From Acholeplasma sp. (GTDB lineage Bacteria > Bacillota_I > Bacilli_A > ML615J-28 > CAG-698), in NCBI GenBank assembly GCA_012838635.1, contig DUOW01000018.1, positions 22,764-86,763 of the forward strand: 64,000 nt of DNA, given 5' to 3'. A program made the translations under genes and the position numbers. This document shows, piece after piece, positions 47,091 through 58,162 of this stretch. Every line of letters starts with the position of its first letter. The first letter of the stretch is position 1. The notes beneath the pieces are model-generated. The model ran no database searches. It was not told the origin of the DNA and saw only the letters and a list, made by a program, of their open reading frames with translations.

Positions 47091-48284
47091 TTGGCAAAAG
47101 TAATGGCAGTAAATGCAGGTAGTTCATCACTTAAATTTAAATTATATGAGCTTCCTGAAGAAAAAGTAATTACTAATGGTGTTGTAGAGAGGATTGGCTT
47201 AGATGATGCTATCTATAGTATTACTGTAAATGGAAACAAAGAAAAACAAGTATTGGCAATTAAGAATCACGCTGTAGCAGTAAAGTTAGTCTTAGATGAT
47301 TTAGTAAAAAGAGGGATTGTTAAGAGCCTAGATGAAATACAAGGTGTAGGACATAGAGTAGTTCAAGGTGGTTGGTATTTTAAAGATTCAGCTTTAGTTA
47401 CTGAAGATGCTCTTAAAAAGATTGAAGAGTTATCAGTTTTAGCTCCTTTACATAATCCAGCGCATGTTGTTGGGATTAAGGCTTTTAAAAAGGCTTTACC
47501 AGATGTACCTCAAGTAGTTGTATTTGATACATCTTTCCACCAAACAATGAAACCAGAAGCGTATATGTATGCAACTCCGTATGAATGGTATGAAAAACAT
47601 CATATTAGAAAATATGGTGCTCATGGTACAAGTCATAAATATGTATCTAGTGTTTGCATGGATTTATTAAAGAAAAAAGATGCAAAGATTGTAACACTAC
47701 ATATTGGTAATGGGGCATCACTTGCAGCTGTAAAAGGTGGCAAAGTTGTAGATACTTCGATGGGGCTTACTCCACTTGAAGGTATTCCAATGGGAACAAG
47801 AAGTGGTAATATTGATCCAACTGTATTACAAGTTATTAATGAAAAAGAAGGTTTATCAGTTCAAGAATTAATTCATATTTTGAATTATAAATCAGGATAT
47901 TTAGGTGTAAGTGGTGTTAGTCATGACTCTCGTGATTTAGAAGAGGCTATGGATGCTGGTAATAAGAGAGCTAAACTTGCTTTTGATATTCAGTTTAAGA
48001 GAATTGCTGATTATATCGGTTCATATTATGTATTAATGGGTGGTTTAGATGCAATTGTTTTTACAGCAGGTATTGGTGAAAACTCATGGTACTGCCGAGA
48101 GCAAATTTCAAGAAGATTAAAAGTATTAGGTGTTGAAATTGATGAAGAGTTAAATAAGAAAACTCGTGGTGTAACAAAAGAATTATCAACGGCTAAATCA
48201 AAAGTAAAAGTATATATTATCCCTACAGATGAGGAATTAATGATTGCTCGTGATGTAGTAAGAATTATTAAAGAGGCTAAATAA
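47091..48284 (+). CDS. ackA: acetate kinase (probable TTG start)
   Basis: MAKVMAVNAGSSSLKFKL N-terminus. SD GAGGTG 6 nt before the TTG at 47091. The ORF-track GTG at 47082 lies inside that SD. Confidence 0.85.
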   Translation: MAKVMAVNAGSSSLKFKLYELPEEKVITNGVVERIGLDDAIYSITVNGNKEKQVLAIKNHAVAVKLVLDDLVKRGIVKSLDEIQGVGHRVVQGGWYFKDSALVTEDALKKIEELSVLAPLHNPAHVVGIKAFKKALPDVPQVVVFDTSFHQTMKPEAYMYATPYEWYEKHHIRKYGAHGTSHKYVSSVCMDLLKKKDAKIVTLHIGNGASLAAVKGGKVVDTSMGLTPLEGIPMGTRSGNIDPTVLQVINEKEGLSVQELIHILNYKSGYLGVSGVSHDSRDLEEAMDAGNKRAKLAFDIQFKRIADYIGSYYVLMGGLDAIVFTAGIGENSWYCREQISRRLKVLGVEIDEELNKKTRGVTKELSTAKSKVKVYIIPTDEELMIARDVVRIIKEAK

Positions 48285-48296
48285 GAGCCTTTTTTT
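48270..48296 (+). terminator. weak rho-independent terminator
   Basis: AGGCT-aaataag-AGCCT followed by T7. Confidence 0.45.
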
Positions 48297-48346
48297 AAGA
48301 GTAATTTTTCTTCTTCTTTAATAATATATAATTAAAGGAGGTAAAA

Positions 48347-50263
48347 ATGAAAAAAATAGCACTCGGTTTGTTTTTATTTTGTCTTACTACTTTAAGTATC
48401 AATGCGAAAGATATTATTAGTGATATTGGTCAAAATTTAGAAACAGTTGCATCGGAAAAAGGAGATTTAATTGTATCAGATAATGTAGTTTGGACTCAAG
48501 ATGGAAAACAAACAATAGATTATTTTACAAAAGCTAATAGCACAATAAGCTCAATTGATTTATATCAAGAAAAAGAAACGATCTTAAAAGAAGGGATTAC
48601 TTATACTAGGAAGATTAATAATTTCTTTAATCTTACTAAATATCGTTTAAGTAAAAACTTTTATCCTTTAGAAAATGGTAATTATATTGTTTTAGCATCT
48701 AAAGAGTTAGCAGGATATAATAAAACTCCAGTTGTTTTATGCTTTAAAGATGATGCTTTAATTTGGGAATATGAATATAGTCAAGTTGGAGAAGGTGGGT
48801 TTAGCTGTGCTGTTATTGAAAATGGAAAGATTTATGTTTTAGGTTTTCATAAACAAGTTTCAAATTATAATATTGTTTTAGTTGCCTTATCTAGTGATGG
48901 TTTATTAGAAAATGAAATAGTTATAACTGGTAATTATGATGCTTATCCAATAAATATTTATTCAACTGGCTATGATTTACTTTTTGCTTGGACGAGTAAA
49001 TCACATTCTGTAGGGTATTATCAAGACTATTCTAATGAAAATAAGGGAATAGTTTTAGGTAAGATTAATTATGATTTTACTGGTTTTGATTTACAAAAAT
49101 TCGCTTTAGATAACAAAGATTTAGAATATAAAGATAATGCTTATATCAATGGTGAGCTTTATATCTTAGCTAAAACTAAAGAGATAAGTTTAAATACTCA
49201 TACTGATACTTATGTAATAAATTGTGATTATCGTTTCTCAAAAATAGGAACAAGAAAACTAGAAGAAAATGAGAGTTTAGATAAATTCATTAATTTTAAT
49301 AATAAGATTATTGGAGTAAAAGAAGCTAATACAAATTTAAAACTAAGAGTTTATAATGATAGCTTTCAAATAGTAAAAGATCTTTTTATAAGTAAAACAA
49401 TTTATGGGAAAGAATATCAAGACTTTTATTTATTAGGAAACAATGATAATTTGTACTTAGTTTTAGAAGTAAAAGATATTGTTAGCGGTAAACTTGAATA
49501 TCATTTTAGTTCATATAATGATAATTTTGAGAAAATTAATAGTTTTAGTTTTAATTTTAATCCGGATTCATTTATAAATTTAAGATTTAAAAATAATTAT
49601 TTTTATTTTTCAGGCGAAAAAAATAATGCTCTTTTATTTGAAGCAAAAGCCCATATTATCTTGAAAGAAGAAATATTAGAAGATGAAGATTATACTTACT
49701 ATGATTGTTACTATATCGTCAATGATCAAAAGTTAGCAAAAAATGAATATTTTAAAACAGAATTTGATGCCCTAACAACTAAAACTTATATTAATGAACA
49801 AGAAGATTACTACTTAAGACTCTATGCATTAGGAAAAACAGAAAAGAAAATTAAGAATAATATTATAGATCAAGCTATTTATGATACAGGTAAAATACTT
49901 AAGTTTAATGGGAAAGGCTATTTAAATGGAGCAACGATTGCAAATAATTATCAAGTAATGACAGAAGGATATTATATCTTTAAACAAGTAGCTTTTGATG
50001 GTAGAGAGCAAGTTAAGTATTTCACAATTAGTGATTTATCTTTAAAAGATATTGCAAGCAAAAAGCCAATTGATAATGATATAGAATATAGGATTGTAGA
50101 AGAAAGGCAAAAGGAAGTGCAGTTTAAAGATACAAATGTGGAATTTAAAACATATCAAAAAGCAAAATATGGCATTTTTATCGTTTTGTTTTCCCTACCT
50201 TTAGGAATAATTTGTGGTATATTTTTACCAAAATTAATTAAAAGGAGGAAAAAAGATGTTTAA
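48347..50263 (+). CDS. large surface protein, signal peptide plus C-terminal TM anchor (paralog A)
   Basis: Signal peptide. C-terminus IVLFSLPLGIICGIFLPKLIKRRKK. Confidence 0.55.
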   Translation: MKKIALGLFLFCLTTLSINAKDIISDIGQNLETVASEKGDLIVSDNVVWTQDGKQTIDYFTKANSTISSIDLYQEKETILKEGITYTRKINNFFNLTKYRLSKNFYPLENGNYIVLASKELAGYNKTPVVLCFKDDALIWEYEYSQVGEGGFSCAVIENGKIYVLGFHKQVSNYNIVLVALSSDGLLENEIVITGNYDAYPINIYSTGYDLLFAWTSKSHSVGYYQDYSNENKGIVLGKINYDFTGFDLQKFALDNKDLEYKDNAYINGELYILAKTKEISLNTHTDTYVINCDYRFSKIGTRKLEENESLDKFINFNNKIIGVKEANTNLKLRVYNDSFQIVKDLFISKTIYGKEYQDFYLLGNNDNLYLVLEVKDIVSGKLEYHFSSYNDNFEKINSFSFNFNPDSFINLRFKNNYFYFSGEKNNALLFEAKAHIILKEEILEDEDYTYYDCYYIVNDQKLAKNEYFKTEFDALTTKTYINEQEDYYLRLYALGKTEKKIKNNIIDQAIYDTGKILKFNGKGYLNGATIANNYQVMTEGYYIFKQVAFDGREQVKYFTISDLSLKDIASKKPIDNDIEYRIVEERQKEVQFKDTNVEFKTYQKAKYGIFIVLFSLPLGIICGIFLPKLIKRRKKDV

Positions 50264-52475
50264 AATATTGTTTAGTTTATTTACTTTAGTCTTTAATTAT
50301 AACCCTAATCAAAAAATGCTAGTTTTACCTCAAGCAGAAACAAGACAAATAATTGATGCTAAGGGTGAATATTTGCTTTATTATAAGGATAATAAGTATC
50401 AATTAAGTGATGGAGTTTATGAAATTATTTTAGAAAGTAATAGGCCAGAAGCTATAATTGATGATGAGGACTTGGCAATTCTCTACTATAATTATCAAAC
50501 TAAATCTTATTTTGTTAGAAGATACAATCAAAATTTAGAAGTAATTAGCGATAAAAATATTTTTCATGATCAATTTCAATTTATAAAATATTATAAAATA
50601 GATGATTTTCATTACATTTTTGGGAATAAAAACTATGATTCTTCAAAACTAGAAGGTAAAGAAATTATGGAAACTGAAGAAAAATATGGAGAAAATATTT
50701 TTTTGCTTAAGCTTGATGCTGAGTTTAATCTTGTAAAAAGCAAATATTTAGGTGGACTTTTAGATGAACAATTAAAAGATATAATTTATTTTCAAGGCAA
50801 GTTTTATTTTTCGGGATATAAAGAAAGAGAAACTGGTGGTGATTTTGGCTACTTTGGAAAGGTGGATGGTAGGAATTATTTATCTGGAATTATCAATTTA
50901 GATTTAGAATTAGAAAGCTATGAGGTTTCTAAAACAATTGATTATTATTGTAAATTTATTGGTGATGAGTATTTAGGTTTTTATAATCATGATTATCTTT
51001 TCTTTTTAAATCAAGATTTAAGTTTAAAGGAAAAAATAGATTTTTCAGACACAATTCTACATATTGAAAAAGTTGATTCTAATTTAGTAGTTTTCACTTT
51101 TGATAAAGTATATTTGTATAGTGTTGAAAATAGTACAATAATTACAAAAATAGATTATCCTAGTTTTATGAATAGTGAAGATTTTATGTTCAGAAAGAAA
51201 GGTAAATTATTAACTTTAAATGAAGATGATAAAAATTATTTAATTGATGTTTTATTTTTAGAAGAACTAAAATTAAGTAAATATTATAACCCTGATTTTG
51301 AAGATTGCTATGTAATTACTTCTCTAGCAGGTGATGTTGAACTTGTTGATATTGAAGAAGAATATTATTTTGATAATTTAGTTTATGGTATATATCCTTT
51401 CCACTATAACTTTAAAACACAAATGGGAATAGGATTTCAAATCTTACATAAAAAGGAAGTCCTTTTGAAAACAAATGTGGTAAATAATGGTCTATATCCT
51501 TTAGGTTACAATTTAGAATTTACTGGTAAAGCTTATTTAAATGATAAAATTATTTTAAATAATTATCAGTTAAATCAAGAAGGGGAATATAAGTTAGAAT
51601 TAGTTGGTAATAGTGGCCAAAGAAAATCTTTTTATTTCACTATTTCTGGAAAGCAGAACCGTATAGAAGATAGTTATTATGAGAAGTATGATTTAGAGTA
51701 TAGTTTAGATGAAAGAATAGTTTTGGATCTTTTTGTAGATGATTTAGAAAACAAGACTATTGAAAGAGTAATAGTAGATGGTAAAGAAGTTGATTTTAGG
51801 CTTGATTTAAAGCAAAACAAAATCTTTTTGGATTTACCTCAATATAATAATCCAGGATTTTATAAAATTAAATTAGAGAAAATTGATTATCTAGAAGGTG
51901 GAATAAATAAAGAACTAGTTTTAAACGAAGAACTAATTTTAAAGATTATTGTTCCAGCAATCAATTATGAAATAAACAATAACGATAATCCTTTAGCTTT
52001 AAATTTAACAATTTATGATCCTTATGGAATTAGTCGTTATCTTGAACTTGTTATTTATAATGATGTAGAAGAGTATCGCCAAAAGCTTGCTTTAAATAAT
52101 TTAGCTATTTATGAAAACAGGTTAAAGGAGCAAACAAATTATGATTTTAAGATTTCTTTAGTTAGTACTTTACCAGGAAAACTTGTTTATAGTAAAGATT
52201 TAATTTCAGGAACAATTTATTCAAAAGCCAATGAAGTAATTTTAGGCGAGATAGCAATAGAGGCAAGTGATTTAGAAAGCAAACAATTGAAAATCACTTT
52301 AGCAAAAGATTTCGTTAATAAAGATGTAAAAGAACTCTTTTATACAAACCAAGAAATTTATAGAAACGATAATACTAATTATTTTGGAATCGTTTTGTTT
52401 AGTGTTTTGATCATCGGAGCAACAACAGGAATAACCTATATTGTATTAAAATGGACAAGAAAAGCTAAGAGTTAA
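50256..52475 (+). CDS. large surface protein with C-terminal TM anchor (paralog B)
   Basis: Shares the NNYQ...EG.Y...FYFTIS region with the 48347 gene. C-terminus IVLFSVLIIGATTGITYIVLKWTRKAKS. Confidence 0.55.
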   Translation: MFKILFSLFTLVFNYNPNQKMLVLPQAETRQIIDAKGEYLLYYKDNKYQLSDGVYEIILESNRPEAIIDDEDLAILYYNYQTKSYFVRRYNQNLEVISDKNIFHDQFQFIKYYKIDDFHYIFGNKNYDSSKLEGKEIMETEEKYGENIFLLKLDAEFNLVKSKYLGGLLDEQLKDIIYFQGKFYFSGYKERETGGDFGYFGKVDGRNYLSGIINLDLELESYEVSKTIDYYCKFIGDEYLGFYNHDYLFFLNQDLSLKEKIDFSDTILHIEKVDSNLVVFTFDKVYLYSVENSTIITKIDYPSFMNSEDFMFRKKGKLLTLNEDDKNYLIDVLFLEELKLSKYYNPDFEDCYVITSLAGDVELVDIEEEYYFDNLVYGIYPFHYNFKTQMGIGFQILHKKEVLLKTNVVNNGLYPLGYNLEFTGKAYLNDKIILNNYQLNQEGEYKLELVGNSGQRKSFYFTISGKQNRIEDSYYEKYDLEYSLDERIVLDLFVDDLENKTIERVIVDGKEVDFRLDLKQNKIFLDLPQYNNPGFYKIKLEKIDYLEGGINKELVLNEELILKIIVPAINYEINNNDNPLALNLTIYDPYGISRYLELVIYNDVEEYRQKLALNNLAIYENRLKEQTNYDFKISLVSTLPGKLVYSKDLISGTIYSKANEVILGEIAIEASDLESKQLKITLAKDFVNKDVKELFYTNQEIYRNDNTNYFGIVLFSVLIIGATTGITYIVLKWTRKAKS

Positions 52476-52489
52476 TCTTAGCTTTTTTA
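52463..52489 (+). terminator. rho-independent terminator
   Basis: AGCTAAGA-gttaa-TCTTAGCT followed by T6. Confidence 0.7.
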
Positions 52490-52549
52490 ATTGGAATAAT
52501 TTTATCCAAACTGATGAATTTATGATATAATATAAATTGAGGGAATGTT

Positions 52550-55500
52550 ATGAGAATAGTTTCGTTATATAATTTAACTGAATATTCTATACTTGAAAGT
52601 ACTAATCGTATCTTTGAACTAGTTAACATAGCTAAAGCTAGTGGATACTCTGCTTTGGGAATTACTGATACTAGTATGGGTGGGGCTTTTAAATTTTACC
52701 AAGCTGCATCAAAAGCTGGGATTAAGCCAATTTTGGGTTTGAAAGTTCCAATTGAGAAAGATAATAGCTACTTGCTTTTTTATGCCAAAAATAAAAAAGG
52801 GTATCAAGAGTTATTAAAACTTGATACGATGCAAAAAGAAAAGTTAGTTAGTTTAAGTGATTTAGAAGTAACTGATAACTTAATTGTAGTTATTCCTCAT
52901 TTAGAAAATGAGTTAAGCAAAATGGTTGTAACAACGGATATTGTTGGGGCTAATATTTTAGTTAAGAAATACCAAACTCTTTTTAAAGATTTGTATTTTG
53001 GCTTATCACAAGTAAATCAAATTGATAAAGATACGAGTGAAGTTTTACTTTCTTATTTTAAAAGTATGAAAATTGAGCCAGTTGCAATTGCTCAATCTAG
53101 ATATTTAAAAGAAGAAGATCTTGATGCTTACCGTATAATTAATGCTTTAAGAACTAACAATTTTAATTATGAGTTAAGTAGTGAAGAAACAAGGATGAGT
53201 TTTTTAGGAAAAGATGCTTTTCGTGACTTGTTTAGAAAGTATGATCAGGCGTTAGTAAATACGCAAGTTATCGTAGACAAAGTTAATTTAGAATTAAAGT
53301 TTGAAGGATACTTACTTCCTAAATTTGAAACAGTTAATAATGATAGTGATGAATACTTAGATAGTTTGTGTAAGTTTGGTTTAAATAAACGCTTAAGAGG
53401 AAGAATTGTTAACCAAGAACTTTATGTAAATAGACTTTTAGATGAACTAGAAACAATTAAAGGTATGGGATTTAGTGATTACTTTTTAGTAGTTTATGAT
53501 TTTATTCGTTTTGCTAAGCAGAATGATATTTTAGTAGGACCTGGTAGAGGTTCAGCGCCAGGATCTTTAGTTGCTTATAGCTTAGGGATTACTGAAATAG
53601 ATCCGATTAGTAATGGCTTGTTATTTGAAAGATTTTTAAACAAAGAAAGAATTACAATGCCCGATATTGATACAGATTTTCCGGACAATAAAAGAGAGTT
53701 AGTTATTAAATATTTAGGGGAAAAGTATGGCTTAAATAAAGTTGCCCATATTTCCGCCTTTTCTACATTCAAAGCTAAACAAGCTGTAAGAGATGTAGCT
53801 AGAGTTTTAAACTTAGATAATTACAGTTTAAGTGAAGTGATGAAGTATATTTCTAGTAGTAGGCCTTTAAAAGATTCAATTACAGAAAATGCTAGTTTAC
53901 AAAGACTAATTAAAGAACATAGAGAAATTTATAATGTTATTGAACTAGCTTTGAAAATCGAAGGCTTACCAAGACATTATACAACTCATGCAGCTGGTGT
54001 TGTAATGACTAGTGATAATTTAGTAAATCATACTTCTTTGATTAAAAGTAGTGATGGTATTATGCAAACTGTCTATGAAGCAGAAGATTTAGAAAAGTTA
54101 GGTTTAGTAAAGATTGATATTTTAGGGTTAAGAAACTTAACAATTATTGAAGAAGTTATTGAATATATTAAAGAAAACGAAAAGGATGAATTTAATTTAT
54201 ATCAAATACCATTAAATGATAAGGAAGTTTTGAAATTGTTTCAAAATGCAGATACAGATGGAATTTTCCAATTTGAATCAAGTGGAATGAGAAGTCTGCT
54301 TCGCGATATGCATCCTGATAGTTTTAGTGACATTGTCGTTGCTGTTGCCTTGTATAGGCCAGGACCAATGGCAATGATTCCTGAGTTTGTAAGACGTAAG
54401 AAAGATAAAAGTTCAATTACATATTTACATCCTGATTTAAAAGATATTTTAGAAGAAACTTATGGAGTTATTGTTTTTCAAGAACAAGTAATGCTTATCT
54501 TACAAAAGATTGGTGGCTATAGTTTAGGTGAAGCCGATGTTGTAAGGAGAGCTATTTCAAAAAAAGATAAAACTTTAATGGAAAAAGAAAGAGAAAAGTT
54601 CATTGTTAGGAGTAGTAAATTAGGATATTCGCAAGATATTGGTAAGAGAATCTTTGATTTGATTTTTGAATTTGCTTCTTACGGTTTTAATAAAAGCCAT
54701 GCTACTGCTTATTCCTTAGTAGCATACCAAATGGCTTATCTTAAGACATACTATTATAAATACTTTATGACTGTTTTAATGAGTTATAATTTAGGAAGTT
54801 CGAGTTTAAATCAAGACTATATTTATGAAGCTAAAAGCAAAGGTTTAGTGATTAAGTCTCCTAATATAAATATAAGTAGTGATAAGTTTGTTTTTAAAGA
54901 TAATTACATTTATTATCCTTTGCTTGGAGTTAAAGGAATTGGTGATGTTACTTGTAAGGAGTTATTAGCAGAAAGAAAAGCTAATGGTAAATATGAAGAC
55001 TACTATAGTTTTATTGAAAGAACAAAAGATATTTTAAGTGAAGCTAATGTAATGACTTTAATTGATAGTTGTAGTTTAGATTCATTTGGCCTAACACACA
55101 AGTTTATGGTTGAAGAATACACTAATGCATATAACATTGCTAAGTTTTCTTCTGCCTTTAAATCCAAGATGGTAAGAAAAGAACCAAGTAAAGATGAATT
55201 TAGTTTAGAAGAAAACAATTTAAGAGAAAAAGAAGCTTTAGGTTTTAATTTAAAATATTCGCTATTTAGTGGTTATGATCATATTATGAAGAAGTATAAT
55301 CTTCCTAACTTAAATCAATTAAAGGTTAGGAGAAATCAACAGTTGCTTTTTGCGATTAAAAGGATTAAAATAATAAAGACTAAAAATAATGAAGAGATGG
55401 CATTTTTAGAGATTTATGATGATACAGCAATTATTGATGCTGTTATCTTCCCTAAAACATACCAAAAATATCAAGGGATTTTAGAAGAAAAAAAGATCTA

Positions 55501-55579
55501 TTTAGGTATTGGCAATCTAGAAATGAGAAAAGGGAAAATGCAATATATCGTAAATGAATTAACAAGGAGGATACAATGA
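52550..55579 (+). CDS. dnaE: DNA polymerase III alpha subunit (DnaE-type, N-terminal PHP domain)
   Basis: PHP motifs at the N-terminus. 1009 aa with conserved polymerase core (GVVMT...VKIDILGL). Confidence 0.9.
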   Translation: MRIVSLYNLTEYSILESTNRIFELVNIAKASGYSALGITDTSMGGAFKFYQAASKAGIKPILGLKVPIEKDNSYLLFYAKNKKGYQELLKLDTMQKEKLVSLSDLEVTDNLIVVIPHLENELSKMVVTTDIVGANILVKKYQTLFKDLYFGLSQVNQIDKDTSEVLLSYFKSMKIEPVAIAQSRYLKEEDLDAYRIINALRTNNFNYELSSEETRMSFLGKDAFRDLFRKYDQALVNTQVIVDKVNLELKFEGYLLPKFETVNNDSDEYLDSLCKFGLNKRLRGRIVNQELYVNRLLDELETIKGMGFSDYFLVVYDFIRFAKQNDILVGPGRGSAPGSLVAYSLGITEIDPISNGLLFERFLNKERITMPDIDTDFPDNKRELVIKYLGEKYGLNKVAHISAFSTFKAKQAVRDVARVLNLDNYSLSEVMKYISSSRPLKDSITENASLQRLIKEHREIYNVIELALKIEGLPRHYTTHAAGVVMTSDNLVNHTSLIKSSDGIMQTVYEAEDLEKLGLVKIDILGLRNLTIIEEVIEYIKENEKDEFNLYQIPLNDKEVLKLFQNADTDGIFQFESSGMRSLLRDMHPDSFSDIVVAVALYRPGPMAMIPEFVRRKKDKSSITYLHPDLKDILEETYGVIVFQEQVMLILQKIGGYSLGEADVVRRAISKKDKTLMEKEREKFIVRSSKLGYSQDIGKRIFDLIFEFASYGFNKSHATAYSLVAYQMAYLKTYYYKYFMTVLMSYNLGSSSLNQDYIYEAKSKGLVIKSPNINISSDKFVFKDNYIYYPLLGVKGIGDVTCKELLAERKANGKYEDYYSFIERTKDILSEANVMTLIDSCSLDSFGLTHKFMVEEYTNAYNIAKFSSAFKSKMVRKEPSKDEFSLEENNLREKEALGFNLKYSLFSGYDHIMKKYNLPNLNQLKVRRNQQLLFAIKRIKIIKTKNNEEMAFLEIYDDTAIIDAVIFPKTYQKYQGILEEKKIYLGIGNLEMRKGKMQYIVNELTRRIQ

Positions 55580-56529
55580 AAAGAATTGCTATTTTAACAT
55601 CTGGTGGTGATGCACCAGGAATGAATGCTGCTATTAGAGCGGTAGTTAGAGCGTGTAAAATTAAGAATATAAGAGTATATGGAGTACGTAATGGCTTTCA
55701 GGGTTTACTTGATGAAGATATTGAAGAATTAAACCGTAAATCAGTTTCTGAAAAACTAAGCAAAGGGGGAACTTTTTTAGGAACTGCAAGAGTAGCAGAT
55801 TTCTATAAAGAAGAAGTTCAAGCAAAAGCAGCTGATAATTTAAAAAGGCGTGGAATTGATGGTTTAGTTACAATTGGTGGTGATGGTACTTTTAAAGGTG
55901 CTCTAGGTTTATCAAAAAAAGGAATTAGTGTTATTGCTATTCCTGGTACGATTGATAATGATATTGAAGGTACTGACTTTACGATCGGCTTTGATACTGC
56001 TTTACAAACAGCAGTTGAAGCAGTTGATAAACTTAAAGATACATCAAGTTCACATAGACGCTGTTCGATTGTAGAGGTTATGGGAAGAGAATGCGGAGAT
56101 CTAGCAATTTGGACAGGAATTGCATCTGGTGCTGAGTTTGTTGTAGCAAAAGAAGTTGGCTATCATATTGATGAGATTATTGAAAATGTTAGAGAAGCAG
56201 CTGAAGTTAAAAATCATGCAATTATTATTGTAGCTGAAAATATGGTTGATATTAATAAACTTGCGAAAATAATTTCTGAGAAAACTCCTTTTGCAGCTCG
56301 TACAACTATTTTAGGACATATCCAAAGAGGTGGATCACCAACGGCAAGAGATCGTGTTTTAGCATCACAAATGGGAGCTAAGGCTGTAGATGCTTTACTT
56401 GAAGGTGAATCTGGTAATGCTGTTTGCATTAGACATAATCAAATAATTACAGTGCCAATTGAAGAAGCATTAAGAAAGGATGACTCTCAAGCATTAGAAT
56501 TATATGAATTATTGAGAGAATTATGGTAA
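55576..56529 (+). CDS. pfkA: ATP-dependent 6-phosphofructokinase
   Basis: GGDGS-like GGDGT, MGR, and IPGTIDND motifs. Confidence 0.9.
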   Translation: MKRIAILTSGGDAPGMNAAIRAVVRACKIKNIRVYGVRNGFQGLLDEDIEELNRKSVSEKLSKGGTFLGTARVADFYKEEVQAKAADNLKRRGIDGLVTIGGDGTFKGALGLSKKGISVIAIPGTIDNDIEGTDFTIGFDTALQTAVEAVDKLKDTSSSHRRCSIVEVMGRECGDLAIWTGIASGAEFVVAKEVGYHIDEIIENVREAAEVKNHAIIIVAENMVDINKLAKIISEKTPFAARTTILGHIQRGGSPTARDRVLASQMGAKAVDALLEGESGNAVCIRHNQIITVPIEEALRKDDSQALELYELLRELW

Positions 56530-58112
56530 GAATGAAAAAAACAGCTTATATTACAACGCCGATTTATTATGCAAGTGGTAAGGTTCATATTGGTAATGCC
56601 TATACAACAATCGCAGCTGATGCTTTTGCAAGATACAATAGGTTAGTAGGTAGGGATACTTTTTACTTAACTGGTATGGATGAGCACGGCTTAAAGATTG
56701 AAGAAGCAGCTAAAAAGAACAAGATGGAACCTCAAGAATTTGTAGATAAAATAGCAGAAGAAACTAGAGCAACTTGGAAAGAGTTAAAAATAAGTTATGA
56801 TTACTTTATTAGGACTACTGATGATTGTCATGTAAAGGCAGTTCAAGAGATTTTTGAAAAGTTATTAAAACAAGGAGATATTTATTTAGGTAAATACCAA
56901 GGTAATTATTGTATGTCTTGTGAGGCTTTCTTTCCTGATAGTCAATTAGTAGATAAAGTTAATTGCCCAGACTGTGGTAGACCAACAACACTTTTAGATG
57001 AAGAATCATACTTTTTAAAATTGACTAAATATGCCGATAAATTATTGAAGCATATTGAAGAACACCCTGATTTTATTGAGCCTGAATCAAGAAGAAATGA
57101 AGTTATTTCCTTTATTGAAAGTGGCTTAGAAGACTTATGTGTAAGTAGGCAAAGTTTTAAATGGGGAGTTCCTGTTTTAAGCAATCCTAATCATGTTGTT
57201 TATGTTTGGATTGATGCACTATCAAACTATATTACAGCTTTAGGTTATGGTAGCAAGAATACTAGTAACTATCAAAAATACTGGGTTAATGGTACAGAAA
57301 CTGTTCATATTATTGGAAAAGATATTTTAAGATTTCACGCTGTTTACTGGCCAATTATGTTATTTGCTTTAGGCGAACCAGTTAATTTCAAGGTTTATAC
57401 TCATGGGTTTATCTTAATGAAAGATGATAAGATGAGTAAGTCTAAAGATAACTTTGTTTATCCTCATGAGATTGTAGATTCATATGGTTTAGATTCATTA
57501 AGATATTATCTTTTAAGAGAAATGCCTTTTGGTAATGATAGTAGCTTTACATATGAAAGATTTATTGATCGTTACAATAGTGACTTAGCTAATGATTTAG
57601 GTAACTTAGTTAGTAGAACTGTTTCAATGGTTAATAAATACTTTGGTGGTAGTGTTAGTTACAAAGAAGCTAAAGATGAACATTCTAAGGAATTAAAAGA
57701 TTTAGCAGAAAAAGTTATTAATAACTATCAAAAACATTTTTCTAAGTTTCATATTCAAGAAGCTATTATCGAAGCATTTTCTTTAGTAAGTAGAGCTAAT
57801 AAATATGTAGATGAAATGGCTCCTTGGGTACTAGCAAAACAAGAAGATCAAAAAGAAACTTTAGAAGAGACTATGTATCATTTACTTGAAACAATAAGAA
57901 TAGTAAATATTCTACTTTCACCTGTTTTAGTAGATGCGGTAGAAGATATTAAAGAAATTCTAAATTTAAAAGCTGAAGATTTAGAATTTGAAAATGTTAA
58001 GTTTGGTTATTTAAAAGAGTATAAGATTAAGGAAAAAGCAAAGATTTTATTTAAACGTTTAGATAAAGAAAAAGAATTACAGTTTCAAGAAGAAAGATTA
58101 AAGAATCGCTAA
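56523..58112 (+). CDS. metG: methionyl-tRNA synthetase (short form)
   Basis: HIGNAYT (HIGH) and KMSKS motifs; Zn knuckle CPDCG. Confidence 0.9.
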   Translation: MVRMKKTAYITTPIYYASGKVHIGNAYTTIAADAFARYNRLVGRDTFYLTGMDEHGLKIEEAAKKNKMEPQEFVDKIAEETRATWKELKISYDYFIRTTDDCHVKAVQEIFEKLLKQGDIYLGKYQGNYCMSCEAFFPDSQLVDKVNCPDCGRPTTLLDEESYFLKLTKYADKLLKHIEEHPDFIEPESRRNEVISFIESGLEDLCVSRQSFKWGVPVLSNPNHVVYVWIDALSNYITALGYGSKNTSNYQKYWVNGTETVHIIGKDILRFHAVYWPIMLFALGEPVNFKVYTHGFILMKDDKMSKSKDNFVYPHEIVDSYGLDSLRYYLLREMPFGNDSSFTYERFIDRYNSDLANDLGNLVSRTVSMVNKYFGGSVSYKEAKDEHSKELKDLAEKVINNYQKHFSKFHIQEAIIEAFSLVSRANKYVDEMAPWVLAKQEDQKETLEETMYHLLETIRIVNILLSPVLVDAVEDIKEILNLKAEDLEFENVKFGYLKEYKIKEKAKILFKRLDKEKELQFQEERLKNR

Positions 58113-58162
58113 CGAAAGATATTTGTAATAAAGTTTTTTTAAGTTTAATTAAAAGATTTTTA

